Position numbers and translations under genes: made by a program. This document shows positions 12,861 to 26,173 of a DNA stretch of 64,000 nucleotides, piece after piece. The first letter of the stretch is position 1. Each line of letters opens with the position of its first letter. Below the pieces are notes generated by a model. It was not told where the DNA came from, did no database searches, and worked only from the letters and a program-made list of their open reading frames with translations. Source of the stretch: Octopus sinensis (taxonomy: Eukaryota); contig NC_043000.1 in assembly GCF_006345805.1 (NCBI RefSeq), forward strand, positions 122,574,001-122,638,000, written 5' to 3'.

Positions 12861-13948
12861 AAAATTGAAATACATATATGTTAATAGTGAATAGAAACCC
12901 TGTTGCTATCTTTTGCAACACTGGAGCTAGACAGAACATCAGAGCTTTTGGCTGAATGACAGTAACGATAATTATATCCGACCTCTTCAATGTTTTTGGA
13001 GTTCGTGTTTTTGTCTTCGCTCGTGATACATCAGAAATTGGTTCTAATTAAAGCAGGAACACTACGTTTGAAGTGAAGAGACATAATGTATATACTAAAT
13101 AGTTTCGAATCAATCCATAAATTGGTGTCTGCCTCTTGTAGTTTCCTTGTTAGCAGTCGCAACAATGGGTCTTGTCGGCAGATTTAATTAGAATGAAATA
13201 CAATTTCATATCAATCCAAATCGATTAGTCGGTATTACCAGTGTAGATATTCTGTATATTAGAAAGAAAAAATTCCAATCGCCATTTTGATTCGGAACGT
13301 TAAGGAAACCAATAGATAATATGACCTTAAAGTCTATAAATCTATAAATCAATACCATATTTTTGAAGACCGGACTATACATATATAAAGACGATATTTT
13401 CCGTTGATTTTGTTGCTGTTGTAATTGTTACAGTTGTTTTATTTACTTCTATTTTTCATTATTTCCTTCTGTTTATTTGCTCGTCCTTTAATATATTTCT
13501 TTTGTATTTCTGTAATTTACTGATCAATAACACTATAAACACTAGGACCCTTACTGATTTGGACTAATTTGGTCTTCTTCTGATACATTTAGAAAAAGAA
13601 GAGATGATGCCCTGTTACCCGCTGTTCAGCCAGAACACTGAGTAGATATGATGCTCCAGCGAATGAAAGAGGTCGAGAATCGATTTGCATCGTACAAGCA
13701 AACCTTTGTCAGAAATAATTGCAGTTGCTTCAATGGTTCTTTAACGCAACCGAAGAAATTGGACAGAAATAGCAACTATATAGAGCCAATGTGATGGTAT
13801 ATCGGTTTGTATGCAACTAAGACTTGCCGTCTCTGCGTCTGTATGTGAGTATAATGGAGTTTAGCGTACTGCTAAGTACAAGCGTATAGGTATATACGAA
13901 TGCATATGTATAAAGATGTGTCTAGGTATTCACTATCAAGAGTGTGTT

Positions 13949-13988
<40 letters not shown>

Positions 13989-14498
13989 CATGTAGCTTTA
14001 TATTTGCGAATAATTGCATGTGTGTATGTGTCTGTCTGAGCTTATATGTGTGTGAATTTGTGCAGAGATTTATATGCTTAAAAGAACCATTTTATATTTG
14101 CATGAGTAGTTCCATGTGTGAATAAATATCTGTATGTACACGTCTATACACGCGTGTATGCACAAATAGATGTGTGTGCGTGAATTTATGCGTATTTATG
14201 TTGGTACTTAAGTTGGCATTGTGATGTTTGTCGATTTGTTTATAACAATGATCGCATGTAAATGTGTACTAATGTGTATGCGTGTGTGGTTGTTTGATCA
14301 TGAGCGAATATTCATATGCATGTACCACTTATATACGCCTGCGAATTTGCATGCAGGTGTTCGATTGTACGTCTGAGGGTTTATGCTGCGATTTCAGTAA
14401 CTATGTACTCTTGTGTGTGTGCGTGTGTGTGTCTGTGCGTGCGCGCGTGTGTGTTGTATATGCATTTTTGTTTGTGCAAGCCCGTAGTAAAATATATA

Positions 14499-15006
14499 AA
14501 CAAATAAAATAAATGCACCTTTTAAAGCCTAGCCAGGCTCATTGGCACAGTTTCCCGGTTTCTATGGCGCATGCGTTCCCCAGCTGGACGGCACGCCAGT
14601 CCATCGTAGCGTTACTCATTTTTGCCAGCTGAGTGGACTGGAGCAACGTGAAATGAAGTGTTTTGCTCAAGAACACAACACGTCACCCGGTCCAGGAATC
14701 GAAACCACAATCTCACGATCATGATACTGACACCCTAACCACTAAGTCACGCGCCTCCACTGCCCCCGTTTAAAGCCTAGCCAGGCTCATGGGCCCGGTT
14801 TCCCGGTTTCTATGGCGTATGTGTTCCCCAGCTGGACGGGACCCCAATCCATCGTAGCGTTACTCATTTTTGCCAGCTGAGTGGACTGGAGCAACGTGAA
14901 ATGAAGTGTTTTGCTCAAGAACACAACACGTCGCCCGGTCAGGAATCGAAGCCACAATCTTACGATCATGATGCTGACACCCTAACCACTAAGCCACGCG
15001 CCCCCA
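14499..15006 (-). mobile_element. Head-to-tail dimer of tRNA-derived SINE, family B
   Basis: Two units of about 245 bp (14513-14760 and 14761-15006). A single TSD tagtaaaatatata lies at 14485-14498 and 15007-15020. Confidence 0.9.
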
Positions 15007-15619
15007 TAGTAAAATATATACCAGCAGGTAAATATAACCAGCTGGTAAATATACTCCTGCTGTAAATATATACCAGCTGGTAGATATACTCCTGCTTCCA
15101 AGGAGTAGAGAGAGAGCCCATAATTTATCAAAGCTGTAGCAAGATGGTAGGATCGATCGGATGCTGCTGATGTTCGATACCTGGAGGTGAAAAATGCAAC
15201 GATTTTAGAGACCAGATTGAGCTGGACCAGAAAATTTACATTTGACAAAGATGTTTTCATGAAGGGTGTGAGATGATATCATCAACAATAATTGTACAGT
15301 TAGACCAATTGCTATTTGTTATAGAATGATGCATTTGCAACCAGCGGTGAGGATACCCAGTGATACTACCTATGTTGACGGGGACGATAAGTATTGAAAA
15401 CCTTGCTCATGAATACGTGCAACATGCTCCCATTCCAGGCACTAAATCCAAAATTCCAGGATATATATTATACACACTACTGTGCGTAAATCATATACGC
15501 TGTATATAATATATTAGATTCAATGTGTAAATTATATACAATGTATATATTATATGCAGGGTATCAGTCACTGTTAAGCGATTCGACTGATATATTGAAG
15601 GTTCAGTTAGTTTCGATAG

Positions 15620-16017
15620 AGGCGCCGGAGCGGCTGTGTGTTAAGTAGCCTGCTTACCAACCACCTGGTTCCGGCTTCAGTCCACCTGCGTGACAACTTG
15701 GACAACTGTCTTCTACTATAGCCCCGGGCCGACCAAAGCCTTGTGAGTGGATTTGGTAGACGGAAACTGAAAGAAGACCGTCGTATATATGTATATATAT
15801 ATATATATGTTTGTGTGTCTTTATTCGTCCCCCAACATCGCTTGCCAACCTATGCTGGTGTGTTTACGTCCCCGTAATATTGCGGTTCGGCAAAAGAGAC
15901 CGATAGAATAAGTACTAAGCTTACAAAGAATAAGTCCTGGGGTCGATTTGCTCGACTAAAGGTTGTGCTCCAGCATGACCACAGTCAAATGACTGAAACA
16001 AGTAAAAGAGTAAAAGA
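15620..16017 (+). mobile_element. tRNA-derived SINE, family C (internal TA/TG microsatellite)
   Basis: Head ggcg.ggag.ggctgtgtg.taag, body cttgggcaagtgtcttc-like, tail gctccagcatg...cagtcaaatgactgaaacaagtaaaagagtaaaaga. Confidence 0.9.
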
Positions 16018-16329
16018 TTATATACGTGATGCGTTCAAAAAGTATGCTATTTTATTTTTCCTGCCAAAACTATTGCCGAGTGGGAAAAATCCTTTGGGTG
16101 GGAGATGCAGCCACCATTTCTGCTCATGTTGATTCTTTTCGCACCGGTAGGCCACGTAAGCTTCCGGCTGTTACACCTTGAGTACAGACCGACATGTTGT
16201 GAGCAATTTTTGGATTTTTGTTTTCACACAAGGCCACCGATCGAATCGAAAAGAGACCATAAAGCTACAAATTGAAACAAGCAGTATATCTGGGATAAAA
16301 AATGTATGTAACTTCATTCTTTTATTCAA

Positions 16330-16620
16330 TATATGTTTCTTTATTAGCCACACAGGGATGAACACAGATGGGACAAATTACAAAGCAGAGCTTTTCTATT
16401 TGGGGAAAAAAAAAGTGGAGTAGGGTTTCGATCAAAAGGATTCGTAAAAAAGAAAGAAAAAACACGATCAATAGGGATCGTGTATCACAGCAATGTTATG
16501 ATGTAAAGTGTAATTGGGGAAACAGATATGGTTTATCCGTGGAAAGAAGAGCCTACGGAAAAGACCACGGTAACCTCGGTCAATAATGTCACATGTTAAC
16601 ACATTTATTTGCAAGTAAGT
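16330..16620 (-). mobile_element. Probable 3' end of a non-LTR retrotransposon
   Basis: Minus strand ends tttgtcccatctgtgttcatccctgtgtggctaataaagaaa, similar to the family D SINE tail. Confidence 0.5.
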
Positions 16621-17484
16621 AACTTTGTTTTAAAGTTTTCCGGGTTCATAGGATCATACTCAAGGTGGCTTCGTCATTCATACGTGCCATCCTTGCTACA
16701 TTCACCCATCTTTTTTTGAAACATTCGCTAGACAAAACTTGCCTCTCTACTCTCACTTTCCTTTTCGAGTGATACTTGAAGAAGTTGATGAGAGATTGAC
16801 TAGAGAGGAAAGTGTTTGTATCCTTTATTCAAGATAAACGTCTCAAAGAATCATCCTCTTCTTTTTGTTTCAATATACAAACATACAAACATACTTAACA
16901 ATGCGTGTGTGGGTGGGTTCATATACAGATATAAATACACGCATTTTTCATGACGCACTGATATTATAAATACATTATAGATATTTTAAAACGAATTGTA
17001 CTGTAGATATATGAGAAGAAGAAAATAATGTATTGTTAAATATTCTACAAGTTCAGATATTGGGTTCCAAACGAAGTTTCTGTTGAAATGTTCTACAGTT
17101 GTCATGAATATGCCAGCAGTATGACAGGAATATTGCAATAGATTTATTTAGAGAAATCCGACAAAATCACTCGTGTTTTATAAATCTTAAAACATGAAGA
17201 CTCGATAACCCCATGAGATTGTTGTAGAGATTTTACTGCCCCAAAGGTGGAATTCAGAATATAAATACTAACAACCTAAGATTCGACAATCGAATGCATT
17301 GCTTTCTGAAAGACAATCTAACTCATCTCGATGTCACACAGACCTCGAGAGACATCAAGTTATTTCCTCAATAAAAATAACATTAACATCAACAATAATA
17401 ATAAAATTGATGATGGTTGTGGTGGTGGTGGTGGGGATTATGATGATGATGAGGAGGAGGAGGAGGAGAATGACGATGATGATG

Positions 17485-17690
17485 AAATATTTTAAAATGT
17501 TAAGCAAATACAAGTACCTAGAAATAGAGGTCTCAAAAATGTGGCATCTAAGAACGAGAACTGTACCAATGATCATGGGAGCTTTGGGTATACTATTAAA
17601 TAGTACTCTTAAACTCTATGGCAAATACCAGGAAGTCCAAAAATACCAGAACTACAAAACAAAATTATTCTCGGTGGTACCATTGCTTAC
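17485..17690 (+). pseudogene. Fragment of the restriction-like endonuclease C-terminus of an R4/Dong-type non-LTR retrotransposon
   Basis: KMLSKYKYLEIEVSKMWHLRTRTVPMIMGALG matches the K..KY.DL..E...MW......PV.VGALG motif. Confidence 0.7.
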
Positions 17691-20600
17691 ATTGATGTAT
17701 GGAATGAGACAGTCAAACCAAACGAAGAAGGAAAAAACAATGAGAGACGAAAGATTTTATATAATTAAATGTGGATTCAAGTTACAAATGTATAAAGGCA
17801 TACAAAAAAAATCTTTGTAGAATAGTTTTAATAGTTACATAAATATCACAATGTATTAAACTATATGAATAAATTGTATCTACTTGCGTTTATCTGGGAA
17901 ATTACAGACATATTTGCGTATCTCTTCTGCAAAGGTTAACTCTACTTCCTCCAAGAATTTTTAAAACTGGTGACTCCAGAATCTTCTGTAATGTGATCTT
18001 TCTTCAGAGCGGACAAGTAAGCAACAGAGTCTTGCAGCTCTGTAAACTATGGCCTCAGATAAATATACTTAAGTCCTCGGTCGAGTCCTTATGACCTGCA
18101 CCGACATTCTTTATTGATATTATAAGGCTGTTGATGGTGGGGTTGTATCGTTTTCGTTCAAACTGTTTTGTAATTTAAATTAATGTTTTTATTTTATAGT
18201 TGTACGTTTGAATATGTCAATGAAAAAGATTTTGTTTATGTAAGTTTATTTATATGGTTTAGTGTGTGTGCCTGTTCATTGACTACAAGGGTCCAAGGTT
18301 ATATTGACAAAATAGAAATACAAAATCAAACAGCAAATAAACACAGTTGGAGATTTACATTAAGCAAAAGTTATGACCAACAACAAGTGTAAACAGCAGA
18401 TGCATAACAATAACTAGCATTAACAATATATAACAAAAAGAGTAGAACAAGGAAAGAAAATTAGAAAATACTGAACATCTATAGAGGGTAGTTTATGGTA
18501 ACTCCCACATAATTCGATATTACTTGACATACAAAAGATAAGTACCTCCTTTCATTCCCTCCCGCAAACAATACAGCTACACAGAGCAGGCCTGTTTAGA
18601 CACAACACTTTCACCATTTACACACACTTCTGATAACATTTACTGGAGGGCAGAGTATGCCCGTTTGCTCTCATACTTCTCTTTCCTAGTGAGGACATCG
18701 CCAAAAAGAAGGTCTATCCTCAAACATTTTAACCCTTTCTATCACACGTAGCAAAAATTTTGAGCTAAAAGAATTGACTAACTGGACGGCATAGACAAGT
18801 AGCAAATAAATATTAACTGCTGTTTCTTGCTAATGACAAGTGGTGGGGCGATTTTCAGTATTGCATCGAATATTCGGTGGATAAGCTAATCCGTAGCGCA
18901 CGTGATGGTAGCTGTTCCGCTTTAACATGCATGTCAGCAAAGCAAGGACACTGAATATGTGAGTGCCAAGCGATTCCACCGCTCTGAGATCATCCCAGGC
19001 AGATAGATTTGCTTCGACACGGCTACACTTGTAGAGCTTCGGCGAACCGACAAATCCTCAGGTATTAACATTTTAAGAATGATTAATATATTTAGCTTTA
19101 AATTACATAGAATTAAGCGCAGGTGAAAATAGCACAAAATTATCCGCATACTGAGTCGAAATATTGACATGAATATGGGATTAGACAAATGTACCAAGTT
19201 ACAACATGAAGAAGGAAATTAACTAAAATTGGAGATATTATAAAAGATAGAGACATTAAATTTGGAGAGGACAACGAGGAGCATCCATAGAGCATAGAGA
19301 TGATGAGGAAAATATGAGAAATGTGACACAGACTAATCAGGATAATATTAGAAACTACACTCATCGCTAGAAATAAAATATCAGATATAAATACACTAGA
19401 CAAAAAAAGAATTAAGCTAAGAAATTTGAATAACTTGACAGTCAAGATCGAAAAACTACCAACAAAACTTCAATCCATCAAATTCAAGGCTAACTATAGA
19501 AAGAATATATTTAACTGTCACACGAATAGATGGTGTCTACAACAAAGTGTCTACCACAAAAATAATATCACAAGTGGGGACAGAAATTATTAGAGGGAAG
19601 CATAAGGTGTTCAGCGTACGAAACCTAAAATCTAATTGTATTCATAAAGTGCAAATTAATTTTCACTGAAAAAGAAAGATAATTGATAAATGGCAAACCA
19701 CTCCATGGTGAAAATCTCATGACATTCGGCGAAATGTAAAAAGACAGAGAAGATAACAAAAGATCAAAAGTTATTATCATCTGCATTAGACAACTGCAAA
19801 AAGAAAAAAGTGATGCTAACATCAAGTGCATCCTCAGCAACGGGACTCTTAAGTTAAAACAGTCCAGTTCCCAACAAATTTGATTCTACTCATAAACATA
19901 TTTGTGACGTTAAGAGACAATATAAAGATGCACCCATATGAAAGCTTCAACAAGGTGATAGAAAAATAACCAGATACAATATATGGCGGCTTAGTCACAG
20001 TCAACTGGTGTATACCTATGGGAGCTAGCAAGAAAATCAAAAGAAATGTACAGATATAGCAATCAAACACTGGAGTACGCTCGTAGACTTAGCGTTCCTC
20101 TTTAAACAAAGTATTGTACGTAAATAGAAAAACTGTTAAATATAAAAGGACGTTTCAAATGAAATCAGCTGAATAGTGAAGCATCAAACGGGGAAGAGCA
20201 TGAATAATAATAGGAAGATTATATGTGATAAATAGATAAACAATCAATGCAAGACACTTATTCAAAAGCACATTGAAATAAACATTTCTACACACAACTC
20301 TGTCCTTCTACAATCCACGTCAAATAAAATAATTGCATAATTAATACACTATTGAATCAATACTACGCAATGCATGACAAAATATACACCAAACAATCAA
20401 CAATATATACTCTTAAATAATCGACATCTTACAAGACACAAACTTACCCCTCAGAAAATTAAGAAAACACACTGCACACTAAAATATCGGGAGAAACAAT
20501 ATAACAAAAACAATAAAACACACTAGCGTAGAGTATGAAAGTACATTTACGTCCCCACCACAAAAACCTACACACTTCAGACCTAACGCACACAGAGGGA

Positions 20601-20796
20601 GAATGATGGTGCCGTTGTATTCACATAATAATCATTTTAAATATTGTATTATTTCCGTATGTTTTTCAGCTTGTGTCAGTAATCCCTCTCGAAATTTGTT
20701 CGTTCTGCCTTCATTCATATCTTCGTCTTAATCGCAACATTATGGAGCTGTGACTATTGAATTAGTGAAGTATTGTTATTATCGTTAACTTCGAAT

Positions 20797-21000
20797 AGCG
20801 AGCTGGGAGAATAATTAGCGCGTTGGACAAAATATTAACGTTTTTCTTCAGTCTTAACATTGTGTGTTCAAATACCACCATGATTGACCTTCATTATTTC
20901 GGGGTCGATATCATAAGTACTAGTCAAGCAATGTGGCTAATGTAATTGACTAGACCCCGCCACCAAATCTCAGGCCTTATGCTTAAAGTGAAAAAAATTG
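20797..21000 (+). mobile_element. Degenerate SINE, family D
   Basis: gcgagctgg head, gttcaaat B-box and ttcggggtcgat core. Flanked by the repeat ttatcgttaacttc. Confidence 0.7.
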
Positions 21001-21889
21001 TTATCGTTAACTTCCGGAGTGTTTTCTCTCGTTCCACTTTCCGATCTGCAATTGGTGATATGACTGACATTGATACTGACACAAATGTTTCAAAAGTTCG
21101 ATCAATAATAGTCAAGGAAATGGAATTTGTTACGCAGTAGAGCTTTCTTTGCTTCTTCAGTTTTATCTGACAAAATCTGAAAAGCCTCTTACTACCACAT
21201 CTATAATTACCTGAATGTCGTTGCCCTGCACTATTAGTCTCATATGACGAATTCTCCTGAATTCCTATTTCGTAGGGAATTAGTAATAACTGTATACTCC
21301 TCCCACGTGACGAATGCAATAACCTGGACATAAGTAAAGAGAAATAAGTGAAGTATGAGAGTACATAGGCGGTCAGAGATAGTTGTGATTTTACTGGTTT
21401 TACTATGTAAACTGTATACCCAAGTGGGCGTTATTATAATCCAACATTTTTAAAGATTATAACAGGGGTGACGAAGATTTAAACATTCACGAGGAATTAA
21501 TAAATTCTAAGAGGAATTAACAGCGCACAAGAAATTAACAAACTGACGAAGTTTTGTTGTGTGAATTTTACAAAAGAAATTCGTGAAAATAATGGAAAAT
21601 TTGTTGGCCGGTTTGCTCGAGTTGCAAAAGCAGCAACAATAACTGAAAGAACAATAACAACGATCACTATTACAACAACAAATGCTGCAATTACTGAAGT
21701 CATCAGGAAAGTTAGAAAAAGTGTTCTCTCCAGACTATATCGCGAACTCCATAACAGAGTTCAAATACGAACCTGACGGAGGAGTTACCTTCGAAGCATG
21801 CTAGAGAGGATAGCAGCAAATATTCGAGTTAGAATGTAAAAATTGGGACGATGAGATGAAAAACAACGATGAGGACTACATCACATATG

Positions 21890-22147
21890 AAAATAAATAA
21901 ATGCACCCTTTTAAAGCCTAGCCAGGTTCATGGACCCGGTTTTCTGGTTTCAATGTCGTATGCGTTCCCCAGCTGGACGGAACGCCAGTCCATCGCAGCG
22001 TTACTCATTTTTGCCTGCTGAGTGGACTGGAACAACGTGAAATGAAGTGTTTTGCTCAAGAACACAACGCGTCGCCCGGTCCAAGAATTGAAAGCAGAAT
22101 CTTACGATCATGATGCTGACACCATAACCACTAAGCCACGCGCCTCC
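21890..22147 (-). mobile_element. SINE family B inserted in the Gypsy remnant
   Basis: Full-length match to the 14513 unit. TSD actacatc(a/c)catatg at 21875-21889 and 22148-22162. Confidence 0.9.
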
Positions 22148-22562
22148 ACTACATCCCATATGCTGGTGGAGTAAACAGGGAATGCTTGAAGTCTAAACTG
22201 AACGAATTAACGCCAGATATGTTCAAAAGCCTGATTTTTACACAGGGAATTACTGTCGAAAAGGACGTAGAGGTTAGAACTAGAATTCTCGCAAAGCTGG
22301 AACGAAACCAGGATGTAACCCTGCAACAATTGTGAGGAGAATGTGAAAGGATAGTCAAATTAAGACACGACACAGAGGAAATTGAACGTAATGATTATTT
22401 CCAAGTAAAACAAGTGCGAAATAATCAGAAAAGAGATAAAGTGTTTTCTAAAAAAAAAAATTGAGAAAAGTCAGGAAATAAACCCGTTTTGCATGTGGAG
22501 GTATACACGCGAGGAAAAATTGTCCATTTAGAAAAGCGGAGTATTCTCGTTGTGGTAATATC

Positions 22563-22776
22563 CTTTTCTACTCAAGGCACAAGGCCCGAAATTTTGGGGT
22601 ATGTGGCCATTCGATTACTTCGACCCCAAAACGCAACTGGTACTTTATTTATCGATCCCGAAAGGATGAAAGGGAAAGTCGACCTCGGCAGAATTTGAAC
22701 TCAGAACGTAGAGACAGATGAAATAGCGCTTAGCATTTCGCCCGGCGTGCTTACGTTTCTGTCAGCTCGCCGCCTT
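22563..22776 (-). mobile_element. SINE family D inserted in the Gypsy remnant
   Basis: Core gaaaggatgaaagg.aaagtcgacctcggc. 16-bp TSD tcgttgtggtaatatc at 22547-22562 and 22777-22792. Confidence 0.9.
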
Positions 22777-24084
22777 TCGTTGTGGTAATATCAAACATAT
22801 AAGGACGCACTGTTGAACGACAAAACGTCAGAAACAAAGGTAGGAGAATAAATAGTATGTCATCGTAAGAAATTGGTTATATAACAATGAGGAAATTCGT
22901 GAAGGTGAAAATCAGAAATGCAGTGTTAAAATGGAATTAGATACTGGAAGTGATATCACCATTATAAACGAAAGAAACTGGAAATATGTCGTTAATGCAA
23001 AATTAATTAAATCTAAAGAGGTAACACATGGCGTTACAGGAAAAAGATTATATATTTTCGGTGAATTCATATGTAATGTAGCATTTCGAGGTCAACGAAA
23101 AAGACAAAGATAAATGTGTGAAAAAATTCATTTAATTTATTCGGCGCAGTGTGGATGGAATTATTCAAAATATGGAATATGCACATAAGTGTTTTACGTG
23201 GAGATATAGTCGGTTCAGTCGAAGGTTTGAATGCGGCTGAGGGACTGAAAGAAAAAATTGCAGTAAAACGGAGTGGAACGTTTATATGTAAGACAAAACG
23301 AAATGAAAAATTGCCCATGATAAAAAGTAAACATTGTTCAAATGTAGATGTTCCGTGGTCGAGACTACAAATCTACTTCGCTGGTCCGTGAAATGGTTCT
23401 TACTACTTAGTGGTAGTTGATAGTTTTCTGGCATGGCCTGAAATTTAAGTGTAGAAAACCAGCCTCCTGAGGTGAGATAAAATTTATACACGAATTGTTT
23501 GCAAGATTTGGCATCCCCGACAAGATAATATCTAACAAAAGAACGCAGTTTGTGTCCAGTGAATTTCAAACAGTTTGTGAAACGTTCGCGGTAGAATATG
23601 TAACTATGGCAACATGCTATCCCAGATCTAATGGGCAGGCAGAAGGCTTTGTCGATACCGTCAAAAGAGCCTTTAGAAAATTGAATAAGGAAGTCATGGT
23701 TAAGGTAACTCTACATCAATTTTTAAGAGTGTAGTGTGTAACACCAAAATCCGAATCTATCAGCAGATAGCTTACCAGTGAGGCTGATATTTGCGAGGAA
23801 AGTAAACCAGTCTTTGATAAATCGCTCCCTAACAAGAAAAGAAATAGTGGCAGGGAAGATATAACAAGATTCTTTAAAGTTGGGGAAACGGTGTATACGA
23901 CGACATACACGAATGGCAAGCAATTCTACCCACGACTCATTTACCATCGACTTAGACTCCAAAGCACATTCGGCACAAATATCTGCTGAAGATACTGGAT
24001 AGAAACTGACGAACCCAATAGTCATTTACGATTCTGGAGACAGATTCTGAGACAGACAGGCGGGCAGACAGACAGAAAAACAGA

Positions 24085-24124
24085 CAGATAGATAGATTGA
24101 TAGGTAGGTAGATGGGTAGGTAGG

Positions 24125-24179
<55 letters not shown>

Positions 24180-24180
24180 G

Positions 24181-24256
<76 letters not shown>
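24085..24256 (+). repeat. (GATA)n microsatellite
   Basis: Tandem units seen directly. Confidence 0.95.
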
Positions 24257-24257
<1 letters not shown>

Positions 24258-24730
24258 GTTCGACAATGGAATTTCAGATGTTGAGAGAGAGAAGCACAAG
24301 ACTGAAATGGACGAAGGAAAAGAATGCACAGTGATGGTACGAAGTTTGAAAGAGAGAGTAAGGAGCACGAGAAGATCGAAAGGAAGCTTAGAAAGCAGGA
24401 ACCAATAGAAAATGAAGGAGTGTTGATTTTTACGTGAATGATTTGTAGGAGGAAATGCTTGAGTCAGACAGGCCTGGTCAGCCACAACTTGTAAATTGTG
24501 ATACGGCGATTGTTCAGAATAGAACATGTGCAACCTGTGAAAAGCTTTGCTGCTTAGTTAGTGATTATAAAGACATGTCAAAAGAATCCCTACTGTTGAA
24601 CCTGTTCCTTCTGTCAGTCAGCACAACTGTGCATTACGCAATCCATTGTCTAAATATTTAGCAAGGTTCAAGAGTTAAATAAAGCATATTACTCTACCTC
24701 TGGTATTTGAGTACTCTTTCCCCTATAAAC

Positions 24731-24766
24731 TGTTAGTCAGAGTTTCACGTTCCCGTTCGTCGGACA
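24731..24766 (-). ncRNA. Degenerate minimal HHR motif
   Basis: UGU-CCGACGA-ACG-ggaa-CGU-GAAAC-UCUGAC-UA-ACA. The core and stem III are mutated. Confidence 0.4.
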
Positions 24767-24857
24767 TTGTTTTAAAAAGCCACATCAGATGCTATGATGG
24801 TTCTAAGGTGTTGGTACAGCAGGTGGTCAAACTCTGCATAAAGAGTAGACAACCCCC

Positions 24858-24859
<2 letters not shown>

Positions 24860-24908
<49 letters not shown>

Positions 24909-25101
24909 ATATATACATATATGCGTATATATATATGTATATATCTGTGTGTATATACATATATGTGTATATATATGTATATATACATATATGTTTATAT
25001 ATATATGTATATATATAATATAATATATATGCATATATATATATGTGTGTATATATCTATATATGTATATATATGTATGTACATGCATATATATACATAT
25101 G

Positions 25102-25188
<87 letters not shown>

Positions 25189-26000
25189 ATATTATATATA
25201 CGCATATATATATATATATACCGGTAGGTAGAATGTGTTGATGTAGATGACTATTTCTATGTGTTTGTCCCTTCCAATTCACTTGTGTCTGTAAGTGTTA
25301 CAACTCCATGATATGTGATTACAAGAGTGCCAGGCCAGACTATAATTTGAATAACATCGGCACGTATCGGCTTCCGACCAGTCGTGATGTCTGTGTTGCC
25401 AAAATTGTTTCTTCACTTTTGTCTTCATTTATATATTTATTTTAATATTTTTTGTCTTTTTTAGAGTGCCATGTCTCACTAAATTGGTTACTATGAGCTG
25501 CACGTGGGTATAGTCTAGGAACATTGATGCGGCTATTCAGAACATGAAGAATTTGGCTCATGTCCCATACAAAAGAGTTAGAAAAACATTCTGCTATTTT
25601 GACAATCATACAAACGTATAGACACGTATACATATATAAATATATAGACACATACACATATTGAAATGTAGGCTCGTATATTTCTACTTTATTTTCTTCT
25701 TGATATTCCTTCTTCATCTCTTTCTCTCTCTCTCTCTCTTTCTCTCAGTCTGTCACACAATTTCACACGCAATCAACGTGTAATTTTATTCTTCATTCCT
25801 TTTCATTCTATAAGTCTTTCAGAAATACGTACATACAAACCTTCTCTTTCTACATGTAAATATATATCTATATCTATCTATATATATATATATATTATAT
25901 ATATATATATACACACATATATATAAATATATATATATATATATTTATATATACATATACATATATATATATATATTTATATATAAACACATATATATAT

Positions 26001-26043
<43 letters not shown>

Positions 26044-26044
26044 C

Positions 26045-26119
<75 letters not shown>

Positions 26120-26120
26120 T

Positions 26121-26170
<50 letters not shown>
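24860..26170. repeat. (TA)n-rich microsatellite tracts (24860-25220 and 25860-26170)
   Basis: Seen directly. Confidence 0.95.

Positions 26171-26173
<3 letters not shown>

Larger units (their letters stand above)
21560..23990 (+). pseudogene. Decayed Ty3/Gypsy gag-pro-int remnant, RT/RNase H absent, interrupted by two SINEs
   Basis: Gag-like VNRECLKSKLNELTPDMFKSLIFTQG, degenerate zinc knuckles, protease LDTGSDITII, and integrase PWSRLQIYFAGP / FARFGIPDKIIS...QF.S.EF / YPRSNGQAEGFVDTVKRA. Confidence 0.85.

Noticed and set aside
12598-12862. Recurrent short ORFs such as MGPVSRFLWRMCS and MSKSTPGLILCKPS
   Set aside because: They are SINE translations and not genes.
18870-20600. A-rich stretch resembling a decayed LINE ORF1
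   Set aside because: No motif could be identified with confidence.
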